A stretch of 64,000 nucleotides of DNA from Podarcis bocagei (lineage: Eukaryota): NCBI GenBank assembly GCA_964188305.1, contig OZ076886.1. One strand, given 5' to 3'. Shown one piece after another: positions 12,301-26,051 of the stretch (position 1 is the first letter of the stretch; every line of letters starts with the position of its first letter). The translations under genes were made by a program, and so were the position numbers. Under the pieces are notes generated by a model that ran no database searches, was not told the origin of the DNA, and saw nothing but the letters and a program-made list of their open reading frames with translations.

Positions 12301-15300
12301 GGTGATAGATGGCCATTTACATATTTGCAATGTTGCTTCTCTTCTTGAACTGTTTCCCCATCAACATTAAATGAGTTTCCTTCTCTAGACAAAAGGGCAC
12401 CACCATTAATAAAGCAAAAAGTCAATGTTTACTCCTCCACACAAAGCTATGCTATTTCCCCAGTCTCAGATACAGAGCTGTTTGTATGAAGAGAGGCATT
12501 TATTCAGCATCCTGCTGTTCCTTCACACTGCTCTTGCAGAAGCTAGAATTTCTTAGCTATTCACATTTCTAGCCTTTGCTCAGCCCCCAGACTCTCACCT
12601 TGGTTTCTTAGCTAATTTTCCAAGATGAATGGAGTCTCAATGTAGGTTGTCGGGTGGGCTGGAATGTATGTGCCTTAGAACTGCACTCCAGAAAGAAAAA
12701 CCCCAGGAGTTTATCTAAGATATCTTCATTTACATCTGCTTTGGTACCATCTCAAGCAAGTCTGCATTTTTCCCAATAGCCCATTTCCCATTTCTGAACA
12801 CATCCAGCAACCAAGCTGTCTTTGCTTTTTTCTGCCTGAATTATACAAAAATGTTAGCACAGAGAAGGTATTATTTATTCCCTGACATCCCAAATCTCAA
12901 CCCTTTATTGTCACTGAGAAACAACTCTAAGGGTTCCACCTGACTACAACTGCAGTCCTAACTATACTTACCTGGGAGAAAATCCACTGGTTAAGATTGC
13001 ATTGTTAGTCATACTCAGCATAAAAGGTAAAGGGACCCCTGACCGTTAGGTCCAGTCGTGGCTGACTCTGGGGTTGCGGCGCTCATCTCGCTTTATTGGC
13101 CGAGGAAGCCGGCGTACATCTTCCAGGTCATGTGGCCAGCATGACTAAGCTGCTTCTGGCGAACCAGAGCAGCGCACAGAAATGCCGTTTACCTTCCCGC
13201 CGGAGTGGTACCTATTTATCTACTTGCACTTTGACGTGCTTTCAAACTGCTAGGTGGGCAGGAGCAGGGACCGAGCAATGGGAGCCCACCCCATCGTGGG
13301 GATTCAAACCGCCGACCTTCTGATCGGCAAGTCCTAGGCTCTGTGGTTTAACCCACAGCGCCACCCGCGTCCCTTCCCATACTCAGCATAGATTAACTGA
13401 AATCAGTGGATTTAAGTTAAGTGGGATATCAATGGATTTAAGTTAAGTTTAAGGAAAGTGGGGTATAAATGTAATAATAAATAACATATGGATGCACCCT
13501 TTCCTATGGCTGGCTTGCTGCTCTTAGGTACAGTGGAGGAAGCTGTCCTGTCACTGGTGTTGAAGGAAGATTCAATGGCCAGTCCAGCTTGCATCTGTAC
13601 ATGGATGCTTTGCCTCAGAAGGCAAAATCTCTTGAGCTGGTTGTGGCCACTGAGTCAATACCAAGTAGCTGTTATCAACCTGCATCCATAACACTATGGA
13701 AGCCATCATTCATTGGAACCCTTCTATCAATACTGAGTGCTATCAACTCTCCTTTCTCCTCCAATTCCACAGAAGGACAGTTAGAAGAACTGGAGTGCTT
13801 TGGAACTGAAGATGCTCTGTATTGGGAAATCTGCTTACATTATAAGAATACCCCTCACCAGGAAGCTTACCTATCATTGAAGGTGTCAAGCAGGGAAGTT
13901 TCTTCCCTAGCTGATGTGACCAGGTTTCTTGCTGATACAAAGGACTCCTCTTGAGCCACTGGGACTATGTCAGATTTGCAAGAAGTGGGGTACTTGAGGT
14001 GACCAAATGTGTAGTCTGCAATCACTGATACAGAAAGCTCATAATGAGACTGCTGGTTCATAATGAATTAATAATAGTAGTTTTTTTAAAAACCATGTAA
14101 ATGACACAAAGATGGTTCCCTTTTGCTGCTGGCATAACTGCACATTTTGTTAATTGAGCTTTTGCTTGGCCTACTTTAGAGTGATGATGAAATACCAAAT
14201 AATAATTGTAGCTCATTCGCCACAAGCCTCTGGGGGAGTTCATAGTTAGATGATTGTCAACCATTCATGAGCCTGCTTATTCGTAATTTGACATTAATGT
14301 AGTGCTTGTGAATGAGAAAAGGTTTGATGCCTCAGTGTAAGTAAAACAATCTGCAGATTTGTGATTTTTTTTTTTAGTGTGTATATTTGAAGGATACAGA
14401 ATTTAGCTGTTCAGGATCAGATTGCGCAAACTAGTGGAAGATCATTTTCTGCCTCCTGAAGATGGGACTATATTTTTTCGTCCAACCACTGGGTAAGGCT
14501 GACAATTTGGCTTTCCTTTCCTTTTTTAACCCAATATGCTACCTAAAAACAACTGTGTTTATCTTGCCTTCTGTTCTCTGCCTAACAAGGGATATATTTC
14601 ACCTGAGACTAGAGGGGCAAATCTCAGTAACTGCTGGATTTTATATTTGCAAAAATGTGGGAACCACTATTGTATATTTCTTTGTCCACTGGGTGCAAAT
14701 AGAGACCTGCATGCCATTTAGTAGAACCTCTTCCATCTTAAGACTGTGCCCAGATGAAGATTTGTGGCTACAAAATAAAGCCAGCTGTTCCTTTCCTTTG
14801 CCTCTGCTTTGCTTAAATCCAGCCTGGTGGACAGTTCTGAAGAACTTAAAAGGCATTTTGGGACTCTGGTTCATCTTAGAAAGGTACGTGCCAACTGTGG
14901 ACTTTGGTGTCCCTGCCACACACACTTATGGTTCAACACAGCTTCATTTGCTTTGCTTTTTTTTGTAAAGTTTTTTGCAAGTCTGTTTAAGCTTGTCCTT
15001 GGTGATCTCTCGCAGACACGTTTCTGCATCTTTTAGAATCTGATGGCATTAGATTAAAAATTCTAGGGTGAGCCCAGAAAGAGCAGCTGAATTTCCCCCT
15101 TAGCGTTTGAAGCCACAGCCCATTTCTCCTTTTCTTAACACCAAAAACAGGCCACCATTTTGCATTTCCCACAATGCCCCTGACATAGTGCTCCTCTAGG
15201 GTATTGTTGGAAGGCATATTGCCAAGGGCCTCCTCAAACATAGGCCCTGGATGCAGGTGGTTTTGGACATTGCGAAATAGCAGCGAGAACCAATGCACAA
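8790..15300 (-). pseudogene. Putative decayed multi-exon gene (or spliced lncRNA)
   Basis: Same-strand splice-bounded segments at 13871-14015, 12599-12835, 12172-12251, 9509-9714 and 9030-9170, further acceptors at 9420 and 8960, and 70-90-bp introns. Frames look protein-like but contain stops. Confidence 0.35.
13023..13373 (-). mobile_element. Sauria SINE, full length
   Basis: Head GGGACGCGGGTGGCGCTGTGGGTTAAACC and ACCTTT tail on -. 13-bp TSD CATACTCAGCATA (13010-13022 / 13378-13390). Confidence 0.92.
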
Positions 15301-16135
15301 TTCACTTGTATAATATCTAGAAAGGGTAGTTCCGTATTTTGCTTGGGATAAAATGTAGGAGCTGAACTAGCCTCAGACACCAATGCACTCCAGTATGACA
15401 GGGAAGATGAAGTTGTGGCCTTCCAGATGTTGCTGGATTCCTCCTCCCCTCAGCCCCAGTGAGCATGGCCAATGGTCAGGAGTGATGGGAACTGTAGTCC
15501 AACAACATCTGTGGGGCTATGCAAGATCTTCATCCCTGCATAATGGGGAGGTGCACACCTTGAGATGTTATGCTGGAAGTTTGAAAGTAGCCTCTCAGGC
15601 CCTCTCTTCGGAACATGTGAAATCACCTTGGGTTTTTAAAAGATTTGCAAAGGCGTTTACATCATACTATATATGCCTATTAAACTCCACAGAAAGCAGC
15701 CTTATTTACTGCGCTTCACATTTATTAGCAGTAGAATATCAAAGTTAATGGCCTGGTTTCCTTTAAGAGCATTTTTAGCCCAGAGGTTCAATTAATTCTA
15801 TTATTATTATTTTATTCATTTATTGTACTGTATAGCCCACCTGTTAGTCTGCATCAGGCCTTCAATGCAGCTTTCAACTTAGAAACAAGCATAGCATGTA
15901 ATGGAACTCCTTTTCTGAACTCTCATAAAAGAGAAACCAGTTCTCAACAGTACCGACTATTAAAGGACTCCTCCAGGCAACCTGTTTATTGTGCATTCAT
16001 CCTAATTTGCTTACACAGTGCTCAGTTGATATTCCATCTTTATTATACCTTCATTCTGATTTGTTGCAGGGATACTATACAACAATGGGCATTCATTCTG
16101 AATGGCTTGTGGGGTGTTCATAAAGGTTTCCATTA

Positions 16136-16376
16136 CAGTGGTACCTCAGTTTAAGAACAGTCCTTTTTACGAACAATTGGATTTACGAACTCCGCAAAAC
16201 CGGAAGTAGTGTTCCAGTTTGCGAACTTTACCTCGGTCTAAGAACAGAATCCGAACGGTGGAAAGGCACCGGTGGCGGGAGGTCTCATTAGGGAAAGCAC
16301 GCCTCGGTTTAAGACAGATTTCAGTTTGAGAACGGACTTTTGGAACGGATTAAGTTCCTAAACTGAGGTACCACTG
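16136..16376. mobile_element. Tc1/mariner-type MITE
   Basis: TIR CAGTGGTACCTC/GAGGTACCACTG with TA on both sides. Confidence 0.85.
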
Positions 16377-16896
16377 TACATCATTTGTTCACCCCACACT
16401 CTCCAGTGCATTACCCTGCCACTTTCCTAACTACAAATGTCTGTTGGTTTTTTTGTTTTGTTTTTAAAGTGGATTTGTTGTAGTAGGCAATAGAGCTCTT
16501 CAGTTGCGCAAACCTCAATTTCTGGCATGTGCTTGAATCCCTTCCACAAAATGGTGACCATCTAGAGGCACCGAAACTTTATTGTAACACAGTGAGTTTT
16601 GGAACTGAAATTCCTTCTTTGGGAGGGGCCAGTCTGGGGCAGTCTAGTGTAGTTTATAGAGAGAGCTTACTCCCTGCTTGAACTGAAGCTGAAACGCCAG
16701 CCACAGCTCAGTTGGCTGGAGAGACAAGAACTTCCAATACATTAAAAATTCCTGCTAAAACCTCTTATTAGATGGGATGCAGCTGCTTAAAAGAAAAGAA
16801 AAAACCCAGCAAGGGCAGCCTTGGGCTGCATTAGCTGAAACAGAGGGCCCAGATCACGAGAAGCCATAGTTCTACTCCATTCTGCACTGATCAGGT

Positions 16897-17220
16897 TATA
16901 ATAATAATAATTTAAGAACGGACTTCTGGAATGGATTAAGTTTGTAAACCGAGGTACCACTGTACATCATTTGTTCACTCTGGGCAGTTCCCAACAGAAT
17001 ATTTAAAAAGCGATATAATATCAAACATTAAAAACTTCCCTAAACATGGCTGCCTTCAGGTGTCCTCTAAAAGTCAGATAGTTGTTTATTTCCTTGATAT
17101 CTGAAGGGAGGGCGTTCCAAAGGGTGGGTGCCACTACCAAGAAGGCCCTCTGCCTGTTTCCCTGTAACCTCACTTCTCACAATGAGGGAACTGCCAGAAG
17201 GCCCTCAGAGCTGGACCTTG
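16897..17220 (-). mobile_element. L2-clade 3' fragment
   Basis: Reverse complement of the 21.6-21.9 kb L2 end with (TAA)n. Its tail-proximal part is replaced by a local duplication. Confidence 0.7.
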
Positions 17221-18982
17221 CCTGTGGAATGTGTCCAGAGATTGGGGATGGGAGTGAAATTTGGTTTAAGTTCACATTTAAAGGTGTAGCTTCCCTATTT
17301 CAAACTTCTCAAAACAATATGTGAACCAAATGTGAAATTCACACTTCTCTGAATTTTGCAATGCGCAAAAATGCCTGAGAGTGTATAAAAATGCATCTAT
17401 TGGTGAAAACAATGGATGGAAATGCATTATATGAGGCAAAGCGCATGCCCACATGTGTACCAAGAACTGTTTGAAGGGCTGTCGTCTATTTCAAGGTGTC
17501 TTCTGTATGAAGGGCTGTTTGGTTCAAGTCCACTTTAAAGAAAAAGAACCCTCAAAAGGGAGGTCAGAGGCCTTGAAACTGACCATCAACAGAATTCAGC
17601 CAGACATCGGGCTGAGCAGGCACACACATCAAATTCAGTTTGAGAAGTGATATAACACAATTCATTGCATATTATGAAAGGTTGGTTATTCGTGGGACTG
17701 GCTTGCATACGTGGAAGCACAAAAGAGTTACTGCATAAGGAAGAATGTTGTCAGCCAAAGGCAGCCCCTGCCTGCCACGTGTCCTTTGAAAGGAGGTTTG
17801 TGGGGGCGGATAGTGAATAGCAGCCATTCGGCAGCGAAACACTTGTGGTAGTCAGAGCAGCGCCAAGGCCAAACCGTATACAACATGGAAGATTCGTGAG
17901 CGGCATATCTCCCAGTATTTTTCCTTTATAATTGGCTGGAGGGTGTGGGCTTTGTCTAGCAGCACAGAGGAAGTGGGGTTTGTTTAACCCTTCCCCCTTC
18001 AAACTGTTTCTGTAATCAAAACCATCCCTCCAAAACTAGCGTTAAGTGGTTGGAGAATGAAGATTAAGGAGCATGTGGCTCCTTAAAGACTAGCCGTTTT
18101 TCTTTCGGCATAAGCTTCAGTGGACTAGATTCCAGTTCATCTGTGGGCTGTTGCCTACAAAGCTTATGCCATAATAAGTCTTTATGTCAGTCTTTAAGAC
18201 ATCACAAGATTCTTCCTCTCTTCACTGTATTGAACTTACATGACTTGTCTGGAGGGATGGGGAATCTCTGACTCTCTGTATATTGCACTTGTCTCCTCTC
18301 TCTGCGCCCCTCCCCTGAAAAACTATTAGCAACTGGGATAATTTCAGTTCAATAAATTATACAGAGAGAAGAGGGTTTTGTAAACAAACAAGCAAACAAA
18401 CATCCTGCGGTACACCGATGCCCCCACTCCTGAGCTATTTATAAAGCTAAACTAAAACAAAAGAGAGAGAATATCTGGAGATGTGATCATGGCTCTCCCA
18501 CAGGAATCTTGTCCATTTTGAGCCCTCCCTTCCTTGCAATCCCTGGTGAGGACCTTCTCATGCTGCAATTGACAGGGCCTGCCTGTGCTTTGCGTGTCCT
18601 TAGCCTTGAAACATCCTGCTCCTAGTCACTGCATGAAAAGCGAGGGAACAGCTTAATTAGGCAATAAAACTGACGTCCTTCTTAGTACAATCAAAGGCGA
18701 GTCATTAGCTTCATCTGCAAATCACTCAGCAGCACCCAGCGACAGCCAAGCTCATTAGGTGATCCCTGAGAGGCAAAGGCTACAATTTATTCGGCAGGAA
18801 ACAAGGGTGGCCAAAGCCAGGGAGATTAGGGCCACAAAAGACAAAGAAACACAGGCCCAAACACATTTGTAAGTTCCTGCAAGCCTGTTTTGCCTGTGGG
18901 GCATTCAAGCCTGTACTCTCTGTGTCTATGTTTTGGATGTGCATGTGCAAAGACACCTACAGGCACATCTCTTTTGCTAATA

Positions 18983-19223
18983 CAGTCATACCATGATTTT
19001 CAGACAGCTAAGTTCTTGAACGTTTTGGCTCCCGAACGCTGCAAACCCAGAAGTGACTGTTCTGGTTTGTGAACTATTTTTTGGAAGCCGAACATACTAC
19101 AGGGCTTCTGAGGCTTCTGATTGGCTGCAGGATCTTCCTGCAGCCAATCAGAAGCTGCACTTTGGTTTCCAAAAGTTTTGGAAGTTGACCGTCCGGACTT
19201 CCGGAATGGAATCCATTTGACTG
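18983..19223. mobile_element. Tc1/mariner-like MITE, second family
   Basis: TA|CAGTCA...TGACTG|TA ends and internal palindrome CTTCTGATTGGCTGCAGG...CCTGCAGCCAATCAGAAG. Confidence 0.6.
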
Positions 19224-20105
19224 TATAGACACATATAATCTAAGCTCATGCTGAGGAGCTGAACAATTTCCCCATTGTATTTTGTTCAGGAAAGCTTATA
19301 CAAAGCCATGTAGAAACTGATATTAACTAATCCTGTACAATGAGCTGCTACATAGCAAAAATGTTGAAGATTAAATTCGAACACAATGCACACCTTTAGA
19401 GCAGGGGCGAGGAGCCTGTGACCTTCCAGATGCTGAGAACACATGAAGAGGCCTGTTGCATCTAATCAAAGGGCCATGGCTAGCCCACAGTTCTCACCAT
19501 AGCCAGCCAGATGCCTAATGGAATGCCCATTGCACCTCAGCTGGATTCAGTTTCAGCTTATTGGCCTTCCTCCAACTTACTAATGGATAAGTTTGAGCTG
19601 GAATCACCACAGCACTCGGGCAGTCCCTTCTTATGCCATAAGAGGGGAGTGACCTACTGGGAATAACTAGACCTTCAGAAGTCATTCCGTTTCCCCCTGT
19701 AGATATTCGGCCACTCCTAACTGCCACTAACCTTCCTAAAATACAAGTTGTAAGTAGGCAGAAACATCAGTCTGTTATTGCTCCGGTTAATGGCCTCCAG
19801 GGGAATCATCTGTCTCTTCAATGGCCTCCGTGACTGTTGAAGACAAGATTTATTCTGCTGTGTCACAGACCTAGGATGGTGAGTATTTTGTGGGTTGACA
19901 GGGGCTGAGGAAAGAGATTATCAGAGATGAAAATGCTGTAGATGAAAAAACAAAGACAAAAGAGGGCATGAGGTCAGAGAAAGGGAGAGAAGCTAGGGGG
20001 CAGGGAAGGAAACAAAGAGATTCTATTCTAGTGTAATAATTTGAAAACCCTAATGAACCATGTCTAAAGAAAGAGACTATGCGCTTATACTAAAACTCAA
20101 CTAAT

Positions 20106-20336
20106 TCGGGTTACATACGCTTCAGGTTACATACGCTTCAGGTTACAGACTCCGCTAACCCAGAAATAGTATCTCGGGTTAAGAACTTTGCTTCAGGATG
20201 AGAACAGAAATCGTGCTCTGGCAGTGCGGCGGCAGCGGGAGACCCCATTAGCTAAAGTGGTTTTCAGGTTAAGAACAGTTTCAGGTTAAGAACAAACCTC
20301 CGGAACGAATTAAGTACGTAACCAGAGGTACCACTG
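20106..20336. mobile_element. Same MITE family, left TIR lost
   Basis: Near-identical to 27818-28059; right TIR and TA retained. Confidence 0.85.
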
Positions 20337-21424
20337 TAGGCTGAAATTCTGTGTCCACTTCCCTGGGCGTAAGGCCCATTGATCTCTTTGTGCCTTACAT
20401 CTGAGTATTCATGTATAGGAATGCACGCTATGCTAAATTGTTCTTTAGTTATCCAGGGCTTCAACTGGGAACCATTTACTTTAAAATATATTTATACCCT
20501 ATTTTTCCTCATATTTCAAGGCAGTTTATAGTAAAATAAAATGCAATAAGAACGGTAATATAGATATATTAAAAAGACAATTATTAAAACTATTTGTAAG
20601 CAACTGCAGTTTTTTAAATAAAAAACCCCATAATAATACATAATGGGTAGGATTCTGCAAAGTGGGGGATGGGGGTGGGACACCCAGAACAAGTTTAGAT
20701 GGCAAGCAAGGGGGAAAGAGAGGGTGGAAAAGCATGATTGCCTGAGCAGACTTTGTGCTATGTTGTGCTTTGTTGAATTCCACCCAGAAAAAGACAGAGT
20801 GAAAAAACAGAATGATTACATATAATTATGATATCCAACAATTTAAGAAGATTAGCCTCTAAAGACCAAAGGCCTTCCTCAGTAGGAAGACCTTAATTCT
20901 GTAGTGGAAGACACAGGGAGAGGGCAAGAGGAACCCAACAGAGGCCCCGTGGCAGTGGTAGAGGCCCTAGTTGCCGCCGTGGTGCTGGAGAGTCATCAGA
21001 GGCAGGGCAGCAGGCAGTGGTGGCAGGTGAAGGCTGAGCAGCACAAGCACACGATGTGACAGCCAGGCACCCACAGTGGATTTTTTGTGTGTGCCAAGGC
21101 CCCTGGGGCCCCACAGAGATGGCGCCTCTGCTCCTTGGGCAGGAGATTTCAACAGAGCAGAGTCCCTTTTTCTTGCCCCAAATGATCTGGGTTTGGAATG
21201 GCCTGCACAAATGATCTACAAGTGCACAGGCTTAATTGGGGGGTGGATGGTGAACTATTAGGTACCCTGATCCTAAGCTGTGCAGGGCTTAAAAGATCAT
21301 CAGCATCACACACTTTAAACTGGTTTGTTAATAGAGCCTTATCTTCTGCCTGTTACACCTCTGGCTCACTACATGTAGCAGGGATTCTGGGCTGACAGGG
21401 AAGTCTGGTTTGGGGTATGACTAC

Positions 21425-21878
21425 TCAAAGCTGATGACTGGGAGTGGCCGCTGAGACCATATAATACCAGTCCTGAAAGACCTACATTGGCTCCCAGTAT
21501 GTTTCCGAGCACAATTCAAAGTGTTGGTGCTGACCTTTAAAGCCCTAAACAGCCTCAGCCCAGTATACCTGAAGGAGCGTCTCCACTCCCATCGTTCAGC
21601 CTGGACACTGAGATCCTGCTCCGAGGGCCTTCTGGTGCTTCCCTCCCTGCGAGTAGTGAGGCTACAGCGAACCAGGCTGAGGACCTTCTCGGTAGTGGTG
21701 CCTGCCCTCTGGAATGCCCTCCCATCAGATGTCAAGGAGATAAACAACTATCTGACTTTTAGAAGACATCTGAAGGCAGCCCTGTTTAGGGAAGTTTTTT
21801 ATATTTGATGTTTTAGCGTGTTTTTTAATATTCTGTTGGGAATTGGGGAAATGCAGCCAGATGGATGGGGTATAAATA

Positions 21879-21930
<52 letters not shown>
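21425..21930 (+). mobile_element. L2-clade LINE 3' fragment with (TTA)n tail
   Basis: HITPVLKDLHWLPV...FKVLVLTFKALN...FSVVVPALWNALP...FRRHLK followed by a (TTA)n microsatellite. Confidence 0.85.
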
Positions 21931-21932
<2 letters not shown>

Positions 21933-23232
21933 CATCATCAGGCCCTAGCCCAGCCCCCTCAGACAGTAAAGTTAGGCAAAGGAGGGATTGCCACTATGCT
22001 AGTGGCAAGGCAGGGTGGGAAACTGTTGGGCGTTGAATTGACTAATTGGCTAATTATTTAAGTGTTCAGGTTTTAAGGAAGGGTATGTGAGCTTGGTACA
22101 CCTGGTAGTCCACAAGCAAAGGCATAGCTCTTCAGTTATACACACACCTGATTGCTCAAGGCAAGCAAGACCCATTCGGAGTAGCAATTGCTGACTGCAA
22201 ACAAATGATCTGGGATGAAGAGTCCATTAGAACTGGGACGCTTAGCTTGTCACTGTGGTGTGCATGATCTACTACCATCCTAGCAGTGGGGACATCTATT
22301 ATGTATGCATGTGGTATTATTGATCATCTTGTAAGAGCAGTGTCAAGCCACAAGGGCAATTTGGGGAAAGAGCACTCTGCAATGACTTAGTATACAGTAA
22401 AAAGCACTTCCTTTTTGCCCATACTCGATAAAAAGCATTACCTGAAACCTCATGCAGCAAAGCCACAATACAATATCCATTCTGAGTATTATGCAGGCTA
22501 CTTGCTAAAGCCTTTTCTATGTTACACTCTGATCTATGGGGCTTTCATTGCACTTCACTCCCGTCCACAGAAGTAGAGGATAACCCACGTGACTTTGGCA
22601 TCCGTCTCATTCTGTGGCTGCTCGCTGTGTGAGCCATCTTCTGGGGCTAATTAGTTATTGGGCCTTTGATCCCTTCTGAGCTGGACAGAGGTGCTAGCAG
22701 GGGCATGTGTGATCTCTTTTAATGTTCATTTGCAGAGCATTAATCTACTGAGTTTCTAATTATTTCAAGATGGATCAAGCAATTACGACGAAGTGCATTA
22801 TCAGCTCCTCTGCTTTTGACTTCCTTTTCTCTCCCTCCTGTAAATTTCGCTTGCAGAAGATGACGGGTTTCATTCTAATTCACATTTATCCTGCCCTAAT
22901 TACACTGGCAAAGACATGAAGCAGGCAACCTAGATTTAAAAAGTACTAGGCCAGTTATAATGCAAAGTTCAGTTTGTTGGTTATCACATACACTGTCCGC
23001 CACACACACACACACACACACACACACACCGCATGTTCAAGGCTGACCCAGGGGGATTCCTTGTCAGTGTTGCCTTACTTGGCCTGGTACACTGATAGGC
23101 TGCCACTTCTAGGGTTATCTCACAGCAGTCCAATATTCAACAGCAAACAGCAACAGTGTGCCATAAGAGAGGACAACTGGAAGAGACTACAGGTGGGAAC
23201 TTAAAGTACATCCACTCATTGTCTGTCCCCCT

Positions 23233-23418
23233 CATAGGAGCCAACTCCTAGGGGCCGAGGCGTCTTTGGGCCCCCCAATAAAATATCTCAGGGGGCCAGG
23301 GTCCCAAGTTGATGGACATTGCCATTCAAATGGTGTGTGCACGCCCTGTCATGTGATCAGTTATGTGGGGTGGGGCTTCCCTGGCCCCTAAATATTTTGT
23401 TCAAGTTGGCACCCCTAG
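23233..23418. mobile_element. hAT-type MITE
   Basis: Ends TAGGAGCCAACT / AGTTGGCACCCCTA, flanked by direct repeat GTCCCCCT(CA). Confidence 0.65.
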
Positions 23419-24300
23419 TCCCCCTCAGTTTCAGGTGCAGTCATTCAAGTCTGTATGCATACATCTATTGCCCACACTCACACCTGTCTGCTCAAATGTG
23501 CACATGTAATACAGTCAATATATGGGATGTTGCTGATCCAGACCTCAGACCTCTGGCACTGCATCCTGCACTTCTAGCATCCATGTGTCAAACTAGGAAT
23601 GTGGGGAGTGTTTTTACAAGCATCTCTGTCTGAGGCATGTGGCTTTCTGCTTGTTGCTGTACAGCTCTCATCATCCCTGATCGCTATGGCTGGGACTTGT
23701 AGTCCAAGACATTCTGGAGAGCCCACTGCTTCTCTAAGGTCATGTCTCTGCAGGAGACTGAAAAAGAGCACTGATGGATTAAACCAAAGGTCTATTTCGT
23801 CCAGCATTCTCTTTCCAGCAGTAGCCAGTCAGGTGCAATGAGAAGCTCACAAGCTGGGCATGAAGGAAAAGACACTTTTTAAGGCAGGAGTAGCCAAGGC
23901 AACAATGTTTGGTCAAGTTTCTCCAGTCTGCTCAGTTCATAGCTGACATCCTCCTCCATCCAAGCGAAAAGTGTGTAGGAAAGATATACACTGTCACGAA
24001 CAAAGGCTCTATACATATTTCAGGTGCCACCATTCATTACTGACTTTCCTTCATGTGTCCCTGTGGAGACATACATGCACATGCATGTGTTCTTCACAAC
24101 TAGGCTTGAAATGCTTCTTCCTAAGAGGAAGTGTTATCATAAGAGAAATGCCTTTTGTAGAGACATCCTGAGGGTCAGTCAGGTTTCTAATCATTGCAGT
24201 GAATCATCTTTGTATGAAAGGTCATGCAAATGGAGTTTGCTGGCGGAGAAGAAGGAGGAGGAAACACTTGCCCAGTCTTTTGCACATTATTTACATATAC

Positions 24301-26051
24301 TTTTTATTTTTATTTTTTTATAATCATATTTATTAAAATTTCCAATAAAAACAGAATAGAAAAAATAGAGAAGATAAAGAAAAGAAAGAAAAAGAAAGAC
24401 CAATTTTAAACTCTTATTTTCATAACCTTCTTTCTGGGACTCCCTCCTTCCCCTCCCGACTGTATTCCCCTTTCCCTAAGTTGATTCCACAAGTTCTCAT
24501 TCCCAATTTAAACCTAATATGTTGTACTTATTAGCCAATTTAAATTACAATCTTAACAATACTCCTCATCTTTAACAAAATAGAACAAAGATTTTCCCCC
24601 CAAGATCAGCCCCGTTTCCTTCCACGAATTCCCCCTTTTTTTCCAAAACATGTTAAATCAAAATACCAAAGTTATATAGAAAGATAAAAGATAGAAGATA
24701 GAAGAAGATTCCAAAAGTTGGTTACATAGCCTTTGGATTCTAGAATTCCCCCTCCCTTCCCCGGTTTGGATTCCCCATGTCCATCAGTCTGTATGTTGTC
24801 GGCCTGGAGGTCTCAAGTCCACAGCCAAATTTTCCTCAATCCATCTTGCCGGTATTCTTTGAATTTGCTTGTTTTGATAATGTTTAATTTCAAAAATCCA
24901 GTCTAATAGAGGCCTTTAATTTCCCTTGGTCATTGTTGTTCCTCCCATTGTTCTTTCCGTGGCGTAGTTGGTCCTTTGCTCTTTTGTTTCTTACTTTCTC
25001 AGGTTTCTGTCTTGTTCAGCTGCAAAACCATTCTTATTCTGAAATCTAGTATCTCTACAGAGGTTTGTTATTCAGGAACAAAAACTTACGTCCAGTTCCT
25101 ACCTTACTTCAATAGAAAGATTCTATTGTGTTGTCACCTCTGTAGACAAAACAATGTTTCAGTTTGGCTACTTTCCCAGGAGCTAAGACCAGTACACATC
25201 CCAGAGTAGTTTTCCACATACGCCACTTGTAATGTCTCAAAGCCCCTCTAGGGGGGTTACAGTAACTTTATGTCCTCTAATCCAAAAGTCAAGTTGTTGT
25301 TTCTTTCCCCCCCCGACATTTTGTATCCATATTTATATCCAATTGTATCAAAATTAACCAGCAAAATGCTTGTAACAAAGTCCTCTTTGTATTCTCAAGA
25401 TTTGACAGCTTCTTTGACAGCTGTCAAACTCTCCATCTCTCTCCGCCAGGTTCTCCGAATCGCCCCGGTTCCCGGGGGGGGTTGCCTTTTCCTTCTCACC
25501 CTCGACTTTTCTCCTCCAGCACAATTCTTGTAGTATCCCATCGTGGAATTGATATTTTTTGTCAGCAATAAACTTCTGAATCGATCTTGGTTTCTCAGTC
25601 CTTGTTTTAGCATGTTTACAATCAGGGAGGGGACTGACTTCCTTTTTAGATCCCCCCCGCTCGTGCCGAATCTGAAAAAAATTCCTTTTTTTCTCCTTTT
25701 GTACCCGGTTACCCAATTACTCACGGGTTGTTGTTAAATGTCCAAATTTCCAATGGAAGAAGCCAGCGCTCTCCGACGAATGGCATGCGGCTGCGCTCGG
25801 CAGGGGAAGCGGTAGACTCACAGTACCACGCCACTCCCCGGCACCCGATCCGTAGCCTTTAAAAAGGCTCCTTCACAAGTCGGGAGGGCGCTGACGGTAC
25901 CAGCCGAGTCCCCATGTCCACGGGCTCCGTGCCCGTGGTTTTTGAGGGTCCCCGCGTCGCCGGCACGGTAGGACCCAGCCCCTGCCGAGCAGACTCCCTC
26001 CGGAGCTCGGAGGGAGTCCGCCATTCGGCGATGGCGCCAACCCGGAAGTCC
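24301..26051 (-). mobile_element. Non-autonomous L1-derived element with both ends
   Basis: CpG-rich 5' end GGACTTCCGGGTTGGCGCCATCGCCGAATGGCG, L1-like 3'UTR with AATAAA and A-rich tail, TSD ATTTACATATAC(TTTTT) at 24289 and 26052. No RT ORF. Confidence 0.7.
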
